A DNA stretch of 64,000 bases. Origin: Dongiaceae bacterium. GTDB lineage: Bacteria; Pseudomonadota; Alphaproteobacteria; Dongiales; Dongiaceae. The DNA is taken from contig JBFXDS010000017.1 in the NCBI GenBank assembly GCA_050180895.1, positions 3,559-67,558 on the forward strand. The letters run 5' to 3'. The notes beneath the pieces are model-generated. The model was not told the DNA's origin, did no database searches, and worked only from the letters and a program-made list of their open reading frames with translations. Of this stretch, positions 37,246-48,174 are shown in pieces (position 1 is the first letter of the stretch; the number at the start of each line of letters is the position of its first letter). The position numbers were made by a program, and so were the translations under genes.

Positions 37246-37611
37246 TCACGCCAGCGCGGCGCGGAGATCGGCGAGGCGGACCGGCTTGGTCAGCGTGTCG
37301 ACCATTTGCACGCCGCCCTCCGTCCCGAACAGCCCGGCCATGCGGGCATATTTCGGATTGTAGCCGGTGGTGAGGATGACCTTGGCCGTGGCTCCCTGGG
37401 CCGCCAGCCACTGCATGATCTCGATGCCGTCGACATCGGGCATGACGACATCGAGCACGATGTGGGTCGGGCCGAACTCCGCATAGACGCGGCGGAAATC
37501 GACCGAGCGCGTGCACACGCGCGCGACGAAGCCGAGGTCGGTCGCCGCCTTGCCGACGAAATCGGCGAAATCGGGCTCGTCGTCAACCACCAGCAGCCGT
37601 CGCTCGCTCAT
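37246..37611 (-). CDS. single-domain response regulator (CheY-like receiver)
   Basis: LLVVDDEPD, phospho-acceptor LDVVMPDVDG, ILTTG, LTKP. Its start overlaps the 3' end of the upstream kinase by 29 nt. Confidence 0.85.
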   Translation of the reverse strand: MSERRLLVVDDEPDFADFVGKAATDLGFVARVCTRSVDFRRVYAEFGPTHIVLDVVMPDVDGIEIMQWLAAQGATAKVILTTGYNPKYARMAGLFGTEGGVQMVDTLTKPVRLADLRAALA

Positions 37612-40600
37612 CTGTCGCTCCTTTCATTCCGGCGCTCCCCATGGCGCGCGTGCGGTCGGCGTCGGCCAGCGCCGCGACGGACGACAGCGTCGCGCTTCGC
37701 GCCCGCGGCAGGAAGATGCGGACCGTCGTCCCGCGCCCGATCGCGCTGTCGATCTCGATATGGCCGCCGGACTGCTTGACGAAGCCATAGACCATGCTCA
37801 GCCCGAGCCCCGTGCCCTGGCCGACTCCCTTGGTGGTGAAGAACGGGTCGAAGGCGCGGGCCTTCACCGCCTCGCTCATGCCGACGCCGCTGTCCGACAC
37901 GGCGATGCGGACATAGTCGCCCGACGTCAGACTCGCGGCATCCCGCCCGTCGTCCGGGCCGACGGTGAGATTGGCAGCTTCGATCACGAGCCGGCCCCCG
38001 ACGGACATGGCGTCGCGTGCGTTGATGACGAGGTTCAGCAGTGAGGTCTCCAGCTGCGCCTGATCGATCTCTGCCGGCCACAGCCCGTCGTCCAGCGCGA
38101 ACGTCGCCGCGATCGTCGGGCCGAGCGGCCGCAGCAGGAGATCGCGCATGTTGCGGATCAGGTCGTCGACCCGCGTCGTCTTCGGCGCCAGCGGCTGCCG
38201 GCGCGCATAGGCGAGCAGCCGATGCGTCAGGTCGGACCCGCGCAACGTCGAACGGAGCGCGGCCTCGATCTTCTGCCGGGCGCCGGCATGGCCGGGCAGC
38301 TCTTCCGCCAGGAGCTCGAGGTTGCCCAGGATCACGGCCAGCAGATTGTTGAAATCATGGGCGATGCCGCCCGTGAGGTGGCCGATCGCCTCCATCTTCT
38401 GCGATTGCACGAGCTGCTCCTCGAGCGCGCGCTGGCCGGTGATGTCCTGCAGCGTCCCTTCCACCGCCACCCGCCGGCCGTCGCCGTCGCGCACGACCTC
38501 GCCGATCTCGCGGACCCAGGCGATTGCGCCGTCAGGACGGGTCACGCGGTATTCGACGACGTACTGGTCGAGGTCGGCGCGCACGTCGTCATAGAGGCGC
38601 CGGACGCGTCCGACATCGTCCGCATACATCACCTCCCGGGCCTCGGCATCGTTCTTCGGCATGTCGCCGTCGGCGACGCCGAGGAGCGGGCCGGAGCCGG
38701 GCGACCATCGATATTCCTCAGGCGTCCCATCGGAGGCGAATTGCCAGCTCCAGTAGGCGAGGCGCGCCTGCTGTTGCGCCCGCCGCAGCCGCGCCTCGCC
38801 CTCGCGCAGCGCGCGCTCGGCCTGCTTCCGCTCGGTGATGTCCTGCGTGATGCCGGCGACCGATACGCGGCGTCCCGCGGCATCGCGCTCGACCGCGCCC
38901 GTTTCCTCGACCCAGATGATCTCTCCGTCCGGACGGACGATCCGGTATTCCGCCGTATAGCTGTCTCGTCCGGCCTGGACCGACTCGTAGACGCCATGCA
39001 TGCGCTTGCGGTCGTCGGGATGGAGCCGCTCGTAGAAGGCAGCTTCGGTACCGGGCAATTCGGCATCCGGCATGCCCAGGATGAGCCCGGACCCGGGCGC
39101 CCACTGATACCTCTCCGCGTCCAGCTGCCAGTGCCAATAGGCCAGCTTCGCCTGCTGCTGCGCGCGGCGCAGGCGCGCCTCGCTGTCGCGCAGCGCCAAT
39201 TCCGCGCGCTTGCGGTCGGCGATGTCTATGGCGATGCCGCCGATCGCGGTGATCGCGCCGGCGCCGTCGCGGATCGGGAACCTGACCTCGTAGGTCCATG
39301 GCAGGCGCTCCCGCTCCGGAAAATGGACCTCGCGGGTGACCGTCCCGCCGGTGGCCATGACTTCGGATTCCATGGCGTCCAGGGCACGGGTCCCCTCCGA
39401 GGGGAAGATGTCCACGGCGCGGCGGCCGATCAGCTCCCGCGCCGGCCTCCCGTAGGCCGATTCGACCCAGCCGTTGAGCATGAGGAACCGCCGGTCCGTA
39501 TCCTTCATGGCCATCGCCGCCGGCGCGTTGCGCATGAACGTCCGCAAGCGTTCCTCGCTCTCGCGCAGCGCCGTCTCGACGAACTTCTGCTTGGTGATGT
39601 CCTGGATCGTGCCGATGAGGCGATAGGGCTTGCCGAACGAATCCTGCTGCACCTTGGCGATGCCGCGGATCCACGCCGTCGTTCCGTCCGGCCGGACGAT
39701 CCGGTACTCGGTCTCGTAGAGACCCGGGCGCTCCACCGCCTTGTGGAGCAGCCGGGCTATGCGTTCGCGATCATCCGGATGGACGAGGGCGAGAACATCG
39801 GCGTTGCTGCCGAGGCGGTCCGGCGGGAGTCCGAAGACGTCGATCACATTCTCCGACCACGCGAGCCCGTCATGCGTTCCCAGCCTCTGATGCCAGGAGG
39901 CCAGACGCGCCAAGCGCTCGGCCTCGACGAGAAAGGCACGATAGTCGGCGAGTCCGCGGTTGGCCGTCGCCAGCTGCGGCACCTCCACCGTCGTGCGCAG
40001 AACGTACTGAACTGCGCCGCTCTCGTCCTTGATCGGCACCACGCTGGTGATCCAGGATTCCTCGCCCTGCTCGCCGGCATAGTGATCCTCGCGACCGACG
40101 ATCGGGGTGCCGGTTTCGATGACGCGGCGGTGATCCTCGGCGGCGCTGTCGCGGTTGTACCGGCTCGGCCTCACCTCGGCGAGGCTGCGGCCGGCGACAT
40201 CCGCTAGCCTGACGCCGTAGAGCGCTTCCAGGCGCTTGTTCATGAGCACGATGCGGCGGTCGCGGTCGGTGATGCCGACGGTCACCGGGATGTGGTCGAG
40301 GATGCTCTGCAGGATCGCCTGGTTCTCGCGCAGCCGTTGCTCGCGCTGCTTCAGCTCGTCGATCGGCGTGAAGATCGTCACCGTGCCGCCGTCCGAGGTC
40401 GGGCGATCGCTGAAGCGGTACCAATGTCCGCAGATGTTGCGCTCGAAGAGGCCGTGCGGATCGCGATGCTGCGCCAGCCGCTCGGCGACCCACGCCTCTT
40501 CATGTCCGACGGCGCTCGGCACACGGCCGGCCATGACGTGGTTGCGCAGCATGTCCTCGAACCGCGTGCCCGGCGCCGGCGCGTGGGACTCCGAGGCGTA

Positions 40601-41131
40601 AAGCTGGCGATAGCGACGGTTGCAGATCACGAGCCGATCGTCGGAATCGTAGAGCGCGAACCCGTCTGCCAACCCCTCGATGCCGTCCACGAGCTGCTGA
40701 CGGGCGCGCTTCAGCTCGTCCTTCGTGAGGCGCAGCGCGCTGTTGCTGGTGGCGAGCGAGGCCTGCGCCCCCCGCAGATCCGCGTTGGCCGCCGTCAGCG
40801 CTGCGCGCGTGCGCCGCAGAACCATGAGCTGGCGGACCGCCCATGTTCCGAGGATAAGCACAGCGCCCAGCTGCGTGGCATAGGCAAGCAGCAGCCCGGC
40901 GGAACGGATTTCCGCCAGGACGACGACGGACGCGGCGAGATAGACCGCGAGCGCGCCGCAACCGGCCACGGACAGGAAGCGCCGTCGCCAGCCAGACATC
41001 ATCTCCATGGCGCGGTCCCGGCCTCCGCCACCGCGGGATGCCGGTCCTTCGTCGGACGTGTGGCCACTGCCGTTCACTGCCGATGCGCCGGCAGTTCCAT
41101 AGCGACGGCAAACCAACCCGGCCGAACGCAT
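37583..41131 (-). CDS. large membrane-anchored multi-PAS sensor histidine kinase
   Basis: 1182 aa. 2 TM, a coiled coil, about 6-7 PAS/PAC modules, H-box HLTGGIAHDFNNLL, HATPase NLVINARDAM..DSGVGM..GTGLGLSMVYG. The start may be Met 41008. Confidence 0.85.
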   Translation of the reverse strand: MRSAGLVCRRYGTAGASAVNGSGHTSDEGPASRGGGGRDRAMEMMSGWRRRFLSVAGCGALAVYLAASVVVLAEIRSAGLLLAYATQLGAVLILGTWAVRQLMVLRRTRAALTAANADLRGAQASLATSNSALRLTKDELKRARQQLVDGIEGLADGFALYDSDDRLVICNRRYRQLYASESHAPAPGTRFEDMLRNHVMAGRVPSAVGHEEAWVAERLAQHRDPHGLFERNICGHWYRFSDRPTSDGGTVTIFTPIDELKQREQRLRENQAILQSILDHIPVTVGITDRDRRIVLMNKRLEALYGVRLADVAGRSLAEVRPSRYNRDSAAEDHRRVIETGTPIVGREDHYAGEQGEESWITSVVPIKDESGAVQYVLRTTVEVPQLATANRGLADYRAFLVEAERLARLASWHQRLGTHDGLAWSENVIDVFGLPPDRLGSNADVLALVHPDDRERIARLLHKAVERPGLYETEYRIVRPDGTTAWIRGIAKVQQDSFGKPYRLIGTIQDITKQKFVETALRESEERLRTFMRNAPAAMAMKDTDRRFLMLNGWVESAYGRPARELIGRRAVDIFPSEGTRALDAMESEVMATGGTVTREVHFPERERLPWTYEVRFPIRDGAGAITAIGGIAIDIADRKRAELALRDSEARLRRAQQQAKLAYWHWQLDAERYQWAPGSGLILGMPDAELPGTEAAFYERLHPDDRKRMHGVYESVQAGRDSYTAEYRIVRPDGEIIWVEETGAVERDAAGRRVSVAGITQDITERKQAERALREGEARLRRAQQQARLAYWSWQFASDGTPEEYRWSPGSGPLLGVADGDMPKNDAEAREVMYADDVGRVRRLYDDVRADLDQYVVEYRVTRPDGAIAWVREIGEVVRDGDGRRVAVEGTLQDITGQRALEEQLVQSQKMEAIGHLTGGIAHDFNNLLAVILGNLELLAEELPGHAGARQKIEAALRSTLRGSDLTHRLLAYARRQPLAPKTTRVDDLIRNMRDLLLRPLGPTIAATFALDDGLWPAEIDQAQLETSLLNLVINARDAMSVGGRLVIEAANLTVGPDDGRDAASLTSGDYVRIAVSDSGVGMSEAVKARAFDPFFTTKGVGQGTGLGLSMVYGFVKQSGGHIEIDSAIGRGTTVRIFLPRARSATLSSVAALADADRTRAMGSAGMKGATDERATAAGG

Positions 41132-41204
41132 TCAGCCCGGGCCGCCGTCGGATTGCGTGCGGACAGTGATTAGCGCTGATCGCCGTTACGGAATGGTTAA
41201 CGGC

Positions 41205-42140
41205 TCAAAAAGCCACTTGGTCGCCGCCCTTGAGGTCGAGCATTTCGCGCGCCTCCTTCGGCGTCGCCACCTCCAAAGACAACGCCTCCAGGATGGTGCG
41301 GATGCGCGTCACCTGCTCGGCGTTGCTCTTGGCCAGCTGGCCCTTGCCGACATAGATCGAGTCCTCGAGCCCGACGCGGACGTTGCCGCCCATGATGGCG
41401 GCCATGCTGACGAAGGACAGCTGGTGGCGGCCGGCGGCCAGCACCGACCAGTGATACTGGTCGCCGAACAGCTTGTCGGCGATGCGCTTCATGTGCGCGA
41501 CATTCTCGGGATCGGCGCCGATGCCACCGAGGATGCCGAAGATGGTCTGCACGAACAGCGGCGGCTTCACGATTCCGCGGTCGAGGAAGTGGGCGAGGGT
41601 ATAGAGATGGCCGACATCGTAGCACTCGAACTCGAAGCGGGTGCCGCAGCCCTCGCCCAGTTCCTTCATCAGGAATTCGATATCCTTGAAGGTGTTGCGG
41701 AAGATGAAGTCGCGCGAGCCCTCGAGATGCTTCGGCTCCCACGCGTACTTCCACTCCTTGTAGCGGTCGAGCATGGGGAAGAGGCCGAAATTCATCGAGC
41801 CCATGTTGCAGGTCGCCATCTCCGGCTTCGCCGCGACGGCGCCGGCCATGCGCTCCTGCAGGGTCATGCCGTGGCCGCCGCCGGTGGTGATGTTGAGCAC
41901 GGCGTCGCTGCTCTGCTTGATGCGCGGCAGGAACTGCATGAAGACCTGAGGATCGGGCGTCGGCTTTCCGTCCTTGGGATCGCGCGCATGCAGATGGATG
42001 ATGGCGGCGCCGGCCTCCGCCGCGTCGATCGCGGCGCGCGCGATCTCCTCCGGCGTCACCGGCAGGTAGGGCGTCATCGTCGGCGTGTGGATCGAGCCGG
42101 TGACGGCGCAGGTGATGATGACTTTGCGGGCGGCGGCCAT
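41205..42140 (-). CDS. 3-keto-5-aminohexanoate cleavage enzyme family (BKACE/DUF849) protein
   Basis: KVIITCAVTGSIHTPTMTPYLPVTPEEIA..IIHLHARDPKDGKPT..NITTGGG..VRVGLEDS. Start at Met 42140. Confidence 0.8.
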   Translation of the reverse strand: MAAARKVIITCAVTGSIHTPTMTPYLPVTPEEIARAAIDAAEAGAAIIHLHARDPKDGKPTPDPQVFMQFLPRIKQSSDAVLNITTGGGHGMTLQERMAGAVAAKPEMATCNMGSMNFGLFPMLDRYKEWKYAWEPKHLEGSRDFIFRNTFKDIEFLMKELGEGCGTRFEFECYDVGHLYTLAHFLDRGIVKPPLFVQTIFGILGGIGADPENVAHMKRIADKLFGDQYHWSVLAAGRHQLSFVSMAAIMGGNVRVGLEDSIYVGKGQLAKSNAEQVTRIRTILEALSLEVATPKEAREMLDLKGGDQVAF

Positions 42141-42212
42141 CGCATTCTCCCCGGAAAACGTGGACGATGGCGCAGTTTGCATCGCCGGACAAGCGGCCGG
42201 CGGCGGCAAAGG

Positions 42213-43076
42213 CTAGCGGTTCTTGTTGCGGGCCGTTGCCGGCGGGGGCGATGCCGCATCGGCCGACGCGGCGACCTCCCGCGTCGGCGTGAATCCCGAG
42301 CGGTTCGTCGATCCGGCCGCCGGCTCGACCGACACCGCGGCCTGCTCGACCGCGGTCAGCGCCGTCGTCTTCTTCGGCTGCCGCATGGCGCGCGACTTGG
42401 CCAGCAGTTCGTCGGTGGCCGCCATGCGCTCGGCCACGTCCGCCGCCAGGATGCGTCGCTCCTCCTTGGTCAAGGGCACGATCGGGCCGACGCTGCTGAT
42501 CACCTTGCCGAAGGCGTTGACGGTCAGGCGCCCTGCATAGGCGCGGCCGAGAGACGGCGTGCGCGAATGGTAGTAGCGCGCGGAAGTTGCCCAGTCCTTC
42601 GTTTCGTCGTGCAGCCAGGTCAGGAACTTCGCGGCATAGGCGACGTTGGTGGCGGGATCGAAGGCCGCGTCGAGCGAGGCGAAGGCCTGCGGATGATAGT
42701 AAAGGTTCACCTGCATGCAACCGACGTCGATGACGCTCACGCCCTGTGCCTGCAGCTCCTGCACGAAGGCGACGGCCTCTTCCTTCGAGTCGAAATAGTG
42801 TCCCTCTCCCTGCGCGTTGACGGTCCACGGCCAGGCGCCGCGGCGGCCGTCGACGGTCCGGCCCGATTCGGCGAAGCCGATGGATTTCAGCAACCCCTCG
42901 GGGATCTTGTGCGTCTTCTCCGCGCCGTCGATATGGGCGAGGCAGGCGCCGACATCGTCCGCCGCCTCCGCTGTCCCTGCGGCCGCCAAGCCGGCGGACA
43001 TCGCTACGGCCAGCATGACCGCCGCCGTCCTGCCCGCGCCTGTCCGACGGGCGCCTCTCGTCTCGGTCCGAATCAT
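42213..43076 (-). CDS. lytic transglycosylase (SLT) domain protein, secreted
   Basis: Signal peptide; GLLKSIGFAESGR..WPWTVNAQGEGHYF..VIDVGCMQVNLYYH..NVAYAAKFL. Confidence 0.8.
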   Translation of the reverse strand: MIRTETRGARRTGAGRTAAVMLAVAMSAGLAAAGTAEAADDVGACLAHIDGAEKTHKIPEGLLKSIGFAESGRTVDGRRGAWPWTVNAQGEGHYFDSKEEAVAFVQELQAQGVSVIDVGCMQVNLYYHPQAFASLDAAFDPATNVAYAAKFLTWLHDETKDWATSARYYHSRTPSLGRAYAGRLTVNAFGKVISSVGPIVPLTKEERRILAADVAERMAATDELLAKSRAMRQPKKTTALTAVEQAAVSVEPAAGSTNRSGFTPTREVAASADAASPPPATARNKNR

Positions 43077-43320
43077 GCTTTACTGGGCTCCGACGCTGTT
43101 GTGCTTGTTGCGCTCAAGGAGCAGGCGACGGATGCCGCCACTTCCACCCGCAAGGGACCATACACGAATCCGCCGGTGGCGTCGAGGGAACAGCACGGGA
43201 CAAACAAGGATTCGCGCGCGTGGTTAACGCAGGCACCCCCCTTCCGCCGCGCCTTGCGCGGGGTTCGGACGTTACTTCGGGCATAGCGACTAACCCGATC
43301 GCGCCGCGCGGGTTCCCGGC

Positions 43321-43893
43321 TTGACCGTCACCCGACTCCCGCCGCGGGTCGTCGCGCTGCTCGGCCTCGGGATCGTCGCCGCGACCGCCGCCATCCTGTA
43401 CGCGATGGGCCAGCCGCCGATCTGCCGCTGCGGCAGCGTGGAACTCTGGCACGGCGACGTGCTGAGCGCCGAGAACTCGCAGCATCTCGCCGACTGGTAT
43501 TCGCCCTCGCACCTCATCCACGGGTTGCTGTTCTACGCGCTGATGTGGCTGACGGCGCGGCGCTGGACCTTGGGCCCGCGTGCCGTCGCCGCCCTGCTGA
43601 TCGAGAGTGCGTGGGAGATTCTCGAGAACTCGCCGATGGTCATCGACCGCTACCGTGCGGCCACCATCTCGCTCGGCTACAGCGGCGACAGCGTCGTGAA
43701 CTCGGTCAGCGACCTCGGCTTCATGTTGCTCGGCTTTTGGCTGGCGGCGCGCCTGCCGGTCGCCGTCTCCGTGATCCTCGCGATCCTGCTGGAGCTCGCC
43801 GTGGGCTACGCCATCCGCGACAACCTCACCCTCAACATCATCATGCTGCTCTACCCGATCGACGCGATCAGGACCTGGCAGTCCGGCGGGTGA
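43321..43893 (+). CDS. DUF2585 / UPF0314 family membrane protein
   Basis: CRCGSVELWHGDVLSAENSQHLADWYSPSHLIHGLLFY..WEILENSP. TTG start as in the track. Confidence 0.7.
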   Translation: MTVTRLPPRVVALLGLGIVAATAAILYAMGQPPICRCGSVELWHGDVLSAENSQHLADWYSPSHLIHGLLFYALMWLTARRWTLGPRAVAALLIESAWEILENSPMVIDRYRAATISLGYSGDSVVNSVSDLGFMLLGFWLAARLPVAVSVILAILLELAVGYAIRDNLTLNIIMLLYPIDAIRTWQSGG

Positions 43894-43972
43894 CCTCGCG
43901 CGGGTCTTCGCGCCACATGACAGCCGTCGATTTATCGGTCATCGTCGCGGCAGCAACGTCGGGAACCACGCC

Positions 43973-45322
43973 ATGCAACAGCTTCGCCACCGCCCCAACG
44001 CCGATCTCGCCGCCGCCGCCGCGGAAGCCGAGGCGCGCTATGTCGCCGCCAACCCGAAGAGCGCGGCGCGCCACCGCAAGGCGGCCGCGTCCATGCCCGG
44101 CGGCAACACCCGTACGATCCTGCACTATTCGCCTTTCCCGCTCACCATCGCCGGCGGCGAGCGCTGCAACCTCCGCGACCTCGACGGCCACGTCTATGCC
44201 GACTTCCTCGGCGAGTACACGGCCGGCCTCTACGGCCACTCCAACCCGGTGATCCAGGCCGCTATCCGCAAGGCGGTGGAGGACGGCATCGCCCTCGGCG
44301 GCCCCAATTCCTATGAGGCGGACCTTGCCGCCGAGTTGTGCAAGCGATTCCCGTCGGTGGAGCGCGTGCGTTTCTGCAACTCCGGCACCGAGGCCAACCT
44401 CTTCGCCATCTCCACCGCGCGGCTGTTCACCGGCCGCGCGGCGATCATGGTGTTCCACGGCGCCTATCACGGCGGCGTCTTCTATTTCGGCCAGCACAAG
44501 GCCGGCATCAATGCGCCCTTCCCCTGGATCTACGCGACCTACAACGACGTCGAGGGCACGCGCGCGCTGATCGAGAGGCACGCCGCGGAGTTGGCCGCGG
44601 TGCTGATCGAGCCGATGCAAGGCAGTGGCGGTGGCATCGCCGCCACCCCCGAGTTTCTCGATGCGCTGCGCGACGCCTGCACGCGGCACGGCATCGTCCT
44701 GATCTTCGACGAGGTGATGACCTCGCGCCTGTCGCCCGGCGGCCTGCAGAAGCTGCGGGGCGTGACGCCGGACATGACTAGCTTCGGCAAGTATCTCGGC
44801 GGCGGCGCCAGCTTCGGCGCCTTCGGCGGCCGCGCCGATATCATGGCGCGCTATGATCCCAACCGCGCCGACGCGGTCTCCCATGCCGGCACCTTCAACA
44901 ACAACGTCATTTCCATGGCGGCCGGCCTCGCCGGGCTGCGCGACCTCTACACGCCGGCGGCGGCCGATCGCCTCAACGGCGCCGGCGACCGGCTGCGCGA
45001 GCGGCTGAACGCGCTCGCCGCCGCGCAGGGCGTGCCGCTGCAAGCGCTCGGCGTCGGCTCGATCATGGCTTTGCATTTTCACCGCGGCCCCGTGAGCAAG
45101 CCGCAGGACCTGTGGCCTGCGGATGCAGCCGCCGCGGCGGCCATCGCCGACCTGCAGAAGCTGTTGCATCTCGATCTCCTCGACCAGGGCCAGTACATGG
45201 CGCGGCGCGGCTTCATCAGCCTGTCGCTGCCCATGACCGAGGCGGAGCTGGGCGGCTTCGCCGCGGCGGTGGAGGAGTTCCTTGCGGTGCGCGGGCCGGT
45301 GGTGCGGGCGGCGATCGGTTGA
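43973..45322 (+). CDS. class III PLP aminotransferase (glutamate-1-semialdehyde aminomutase-like)
   Basis: MPGGNTR..DLDGHVYADFLGEYTAGLYGH..NSGTEANL..IFDEVMTSR..DMTSFGKYLGGG. Confidence 0.8.
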   Translation: MQQLRHRPNADLAAAAAEAEARYVAANPKSAARHRKAAASMPGGNTRTILHYSPFPLTIAGGERCNLRDLDGHVYADFLGEYTAGLYGHSNPVIQAAIRKAVEDGIALGGPNSYEADLAAELCKRFPSVERVRFCNSGTEANLFAISTARLFTGRAAIMVFHGAYHGGVFYFGQHKAGINAPFPWIYATYNDVEGTRALIERHAAELAAVLIEPMQGSGGGIAATPEFLDALRDACTRHGIVLIFDEVMTSRLSPGGLQKLRGVTPDMTSFGKYLGGGASFGAFGGRADIMARYDPNRADAVSHAGTFNNNVISMAAGLAGLRDLYTPAAADRLNGAGDRLRERLNALAAAQGVPLQALGVGSIMALHFHRGPVSKPQDLWPADAAAAAAIADLQKLLHLDLLDQGQYMARRGFISLSLPMTEAELGGFAAAVEEFLAVRGPVVRAAIG

Positions 45323-45344
45323 GGGCGAGGCAATCGGCAACCGC

Positions 45345-46664
45345 TCAGTGCGCCGGCGCGATCGACTCGATCATGCGGGACAAAGGATCGGCCGCGGCGT
45401 CCGGCTCGCTGCCCATGCTCACCGCGACGGCGAGGCCAAGGGCGGAGGTGGCCAGGGTGTGATCGGCGCCGCCGCCGGCGCGCAGGTCCATCACCAGGGT
45501 CGGGCAGCAGAACAGCGCGCAGCGGACGATCCGCCGCCAGTCGGCCGGCAGCCAGCCGCGCGCCGCGAGCGCGGCCAGCAGCGGCCGCCAGACCAGTTCG
45601 GCCTTGCTCTCCAGGAACGCCGCCCGCAGCGGCGAGAGTCGCCAGTCAGTCTCCACCTCCAGGATATCCCCGGCGGCGACCGCCCGCACCTGGAAGCGGG
45701 CATCGGCGAGGGGCGCGTCGTAGAGCCAGAGCGGATGGGCGAAGATGTTGTGGAAGGTCGCCTTGGTCTCCGCCAGCAGCGCCGGGACATGGCTGCCGGC
45801 GAAGGCCGGATCGAAGAAGACGAGCCCCGGCGCTCCCCCGCTCCGCTCCGCCCAGACATTGGCGTTGTGCGCGTCGCCATGGGCGACGACCGCGCCGTGA
45901 CCCGCCAGGCGATCCGGCCGCAGCCGCGTGCGGCTCTCCTCGAACAGCTCCCGCAGCGTGCGGCGATAGGCGACGCCGTTGAGGCGCCAGCGCCGGTCGG
46001 CGAGGTCACGCCAATCCAGGGTGGCGCCGGGGAAGCGGAACGTCCGGTCGAGATAGAAGCGGCGCGCGCGGCCGCCGAGCGCGTCGTCGCGCCCGGCATC
46101 GACGAGGCGCGCATGGAACAGGCGGTGGATGGATTCGGCGGCCACCGCGGCCGCCGTCGTCGCGTGCAGGGTCGCCAGGTAGCGCTCGCCGATCAGACGG
46201 TCGAGCGCCGTCTGGACCGCGACCAGCGGCGCCGGATCTGCGCCGGCCTCGCCTAGCTCGACGGCGCGGCAGAGGTCGGCCAGGCGCGGGTCGCCGCGGC
46301 GGCGATAGAGCAGGATCTGCCGCCCCACTTCGCCCGAGACATGCAAGGGCATGTCGACGGGAAAGCCGGCCTCGCGCAACACCTCGGCGCGATAATACTC
46401 GCCGACCGTGTCCGTCTCGCCCTCCTCCTGGTGGAACTTGAAGAAGAAGTCGCGGCCGTCCTGCGTCGCGACGAAGCCGTTGAGCGAGTTGAGGCTGTAG
46501 CGGTCGCGGTTGATCTCGACCGCGGCCACCGGCAGGCCGAAGGCGGCGGCGATCAGCCGGGCGACGACGGCCTCCGCCGCGCGCCAGTCTCCGGCCCGCG
46601 CCAGGCGGCGCGCCTCGGCGGTGGGATTGTCGTCGCTGCGGCTCTCGGTCATTGTGGCGGACAT
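45345..46664 (-). CDS. putative kinase-fold (APH/ChoK-like) phosphotransferase, function unknown
   Basis: 439 aa. HGDAHNANVW resembles the HGDxHxxN catalytic loop. No other family signature recognised. Confidence 0.4.
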   Translation of the reverse strand: MSATMTESRSDDNPTAEARRLARAGDWRAAEAVVARLIAAAFGLPVAAVEINRDRYSLNSLNGFVATQDGRDFFFKFHQEEGETDTVGEYYRAEVLREAGFPVDMPLHVSGEVGRQILLYRRRGDPRLADLCRAVELGEAGADPAPLVAVQTALDRLIGERYLATLHATTAAAVAAESIHRLFHARLVDAGRDDALGGRARRFYLDRTFRFPGATLDWRDLADRRWRLNGVAYRRTLRELFEESRTRLRPDRLAGHGAVVAHGDAHNANVWAERSGGAPGLVFFDPAFAGSHVPALLAETKATFHNIFAHPLWLYDAPLADARFQVRAVAAGDILEVETDWRLSPLRAAFLESKAELVWRPLLAALAARGWLPADWRRIVRCALFCCPTLVMDLRAGGGADHTLATSALGLAVAVSMGSEPDAAADPLSRMIESIAPAH

Positions 46665-46732
46665 GGCTGATGGCAGCGGCTTCTATACAAGGCATACGCG
46701 CCGATCGAAACATCTCGATTGCACGACCATCC

Positions 46733-46816
46733 TGCGTCCTTCGACAAGCCCAGGACGAGGAAGAAATCTTGGTGGCACAAGGAATGCTCCTCATCCTGAG
46801 CCTGTCGAAGGACGCA
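46733..46816 (+). repeat. hairpin MITE/REP-like element, copy e (most diverged)
   Basis: TGCGTCCTTCGACAAGCCCAGGACGAGG..loop..CTCCTCATCCTGAGCCTGTCGAAGGACGCA. Lies between divergent genes. Confidence 0.85.
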
Positions 46817-46853
46817 ACGCCGTCGACCCGAGTCTCCTGCTGACGAAGGCCGG

Positions 46854-47627
46854 ATGACGACCGACAACCCCTCCTTCTCGCTCGCCGGACGCAAGGCGCT
46901 GGTGACCGGCGCCAGCCGCGGCATCGGCCAGGCCCTGGCGGTCGGGTTGGCGCGCGCCGGGGCGGACGTCGCAGTCGCCGCGCGCGGCAGCGAGTCGCTG
47001 GCGGCCACCCTGGAGGCTGTCCGCGCCGCCGGCCGCCGCGCGCACGGCCTCGCCCTCGACGTCCGCGACGCGGCGGCGATGGGGCGCGGCGTCGCGGCGG
47101 CCGGCGACGCCCTGGGCGGGCTCGACATCCTCGTCAACAATGCCGGCGTCGAGGAGGTGCGCGACTCGCTCGCCGTCGACGAGGCGTTGTGGGACCGCAT
47201 CCTCGACACCAACCTGAAGGGCGCCTTCTTCTGCGCCCAGGCCGCCGCGCGGCTGATGGCGGACGGCAGCGGCGGCGCCATCCTCAACGTCTGCTCGCTC
47301 ACCTCCGAGGTGGGCGTGCCCACGGCCGTGCCCTACGGCTCCTCGAAGAGCGGGCTGCTGGGCATGACGCGGGCGCTGGCGGCCGAATGGGCGGGCCGGG
47401 CGATCCGCGTCAACGCCATCGGCCCCGGCTATTTCCGCACCGATCTCACGGAGGTCTTCTACCGAGATCCGGCCTGGCAGGATGCGATGCTGGCCAAGAT
47501 CCCGCTGCGCCGCTTCGGCCGGCTGGAGGATCTCGTCGGCGCCGCCGTGTTCCTCTGCTCCGACGCCGCCGCCTACGTCACCGGCCAGTGCCTCTACATC
47601 GACGGCGGCTACATGGCCTCGATCTGA
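46854..47627 (+). CDS. SDR family oxidoreductase (gluconate-5-dehydrogenase-like)
   Basis: LVTGASRGIGQALAVGLA, NNAG, S..YGSSK catalytic triad region, GQCLYIDGG. Confidence 0.85.
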   Translation: MTTDNPSFSLAGRKALVTGASRGIGQALAVGLARAGADVAVAARGSESLAATLEAVRAAGRRAHGLALDVRDAAAMGRGVAAAGDALGGLDILVNNAGVEEVRDSLAVDEALWDRILDTNLKGAFFCAQAAARLMADGSGGAILNVCSLTSEVGVPTAVPYGSSKSGLLGMTRALAAEWAGRAIRVNAIGPGYFRTDLTEVFYRDPAWQDAMLAKIPLRRFGRLEDLVGAAVFLCSDAAAYVTGQCLYIDGGYMASI

Positions 47628-47672
47628 GTCGCTACCCGAATGTGACCCCAGCATATCGAGCAGGTTTACAGG

Positions 47673-48104
47673 ATGTCACCGCGCCACACCGTCGTTCCGG
47701 AAACACATCTGCTGCTGTTTAGAGACGAGCGCACGCTGCTCTCGCTGCGCCAGAACACCGGCTATGAGGACGGGAGCTACAGTGTGGTCGCCGGCCACAT
47801 CGAACGTGGCGAGAGCGCGCGACAGGCCATGGTGCGCGAAGCCAGGGAGGAATCCGGGGTGCTCATACATCCTGCCGACCTCTTCCTGTGTCACGTGATG
47901 CACCGCAGGGCTGCCGATGAACGCGTCTCGTTCTTTTTCTCGGCCGGGACGTGGACCGGAGAGCCGATGAACATGGAGCCGCACAAGTGCGGTGATCTAT
48001 CCTGGTTCAGGCTCGACCGGCTGCCGGACAATATGATCCCGTATGTGAAGGCGGCGATCCGGATGGCACGCGAGCGCGAGATCTATTCCGAGTTCGGCTG
48101 GTGA
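47673..48104 (+). CDS. NUDIX hydrolase
   Basis: Nudix box [23 protein letters not shown]. Confidence 0.8.
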   Translation: MSPRHTVVPETHLLLFRDERTLLSLRQNTGYEDGSYSVVAGHIERGESARQAMVREAREESGVLIHPADLFLCHVMHRRAADERVSFFFSAGTWTGEPMNMEPHKCGDLSWFRLDRLPDNMIPYVKAAIRMAREREIYSEFGW

Positions 48105-48174
48105 CTCGCGGCCGCTCGCTGGCGGCGGGGCGAACTCCTGCCGGCTCTGCATATCCGAGGGGGACAAACTGACC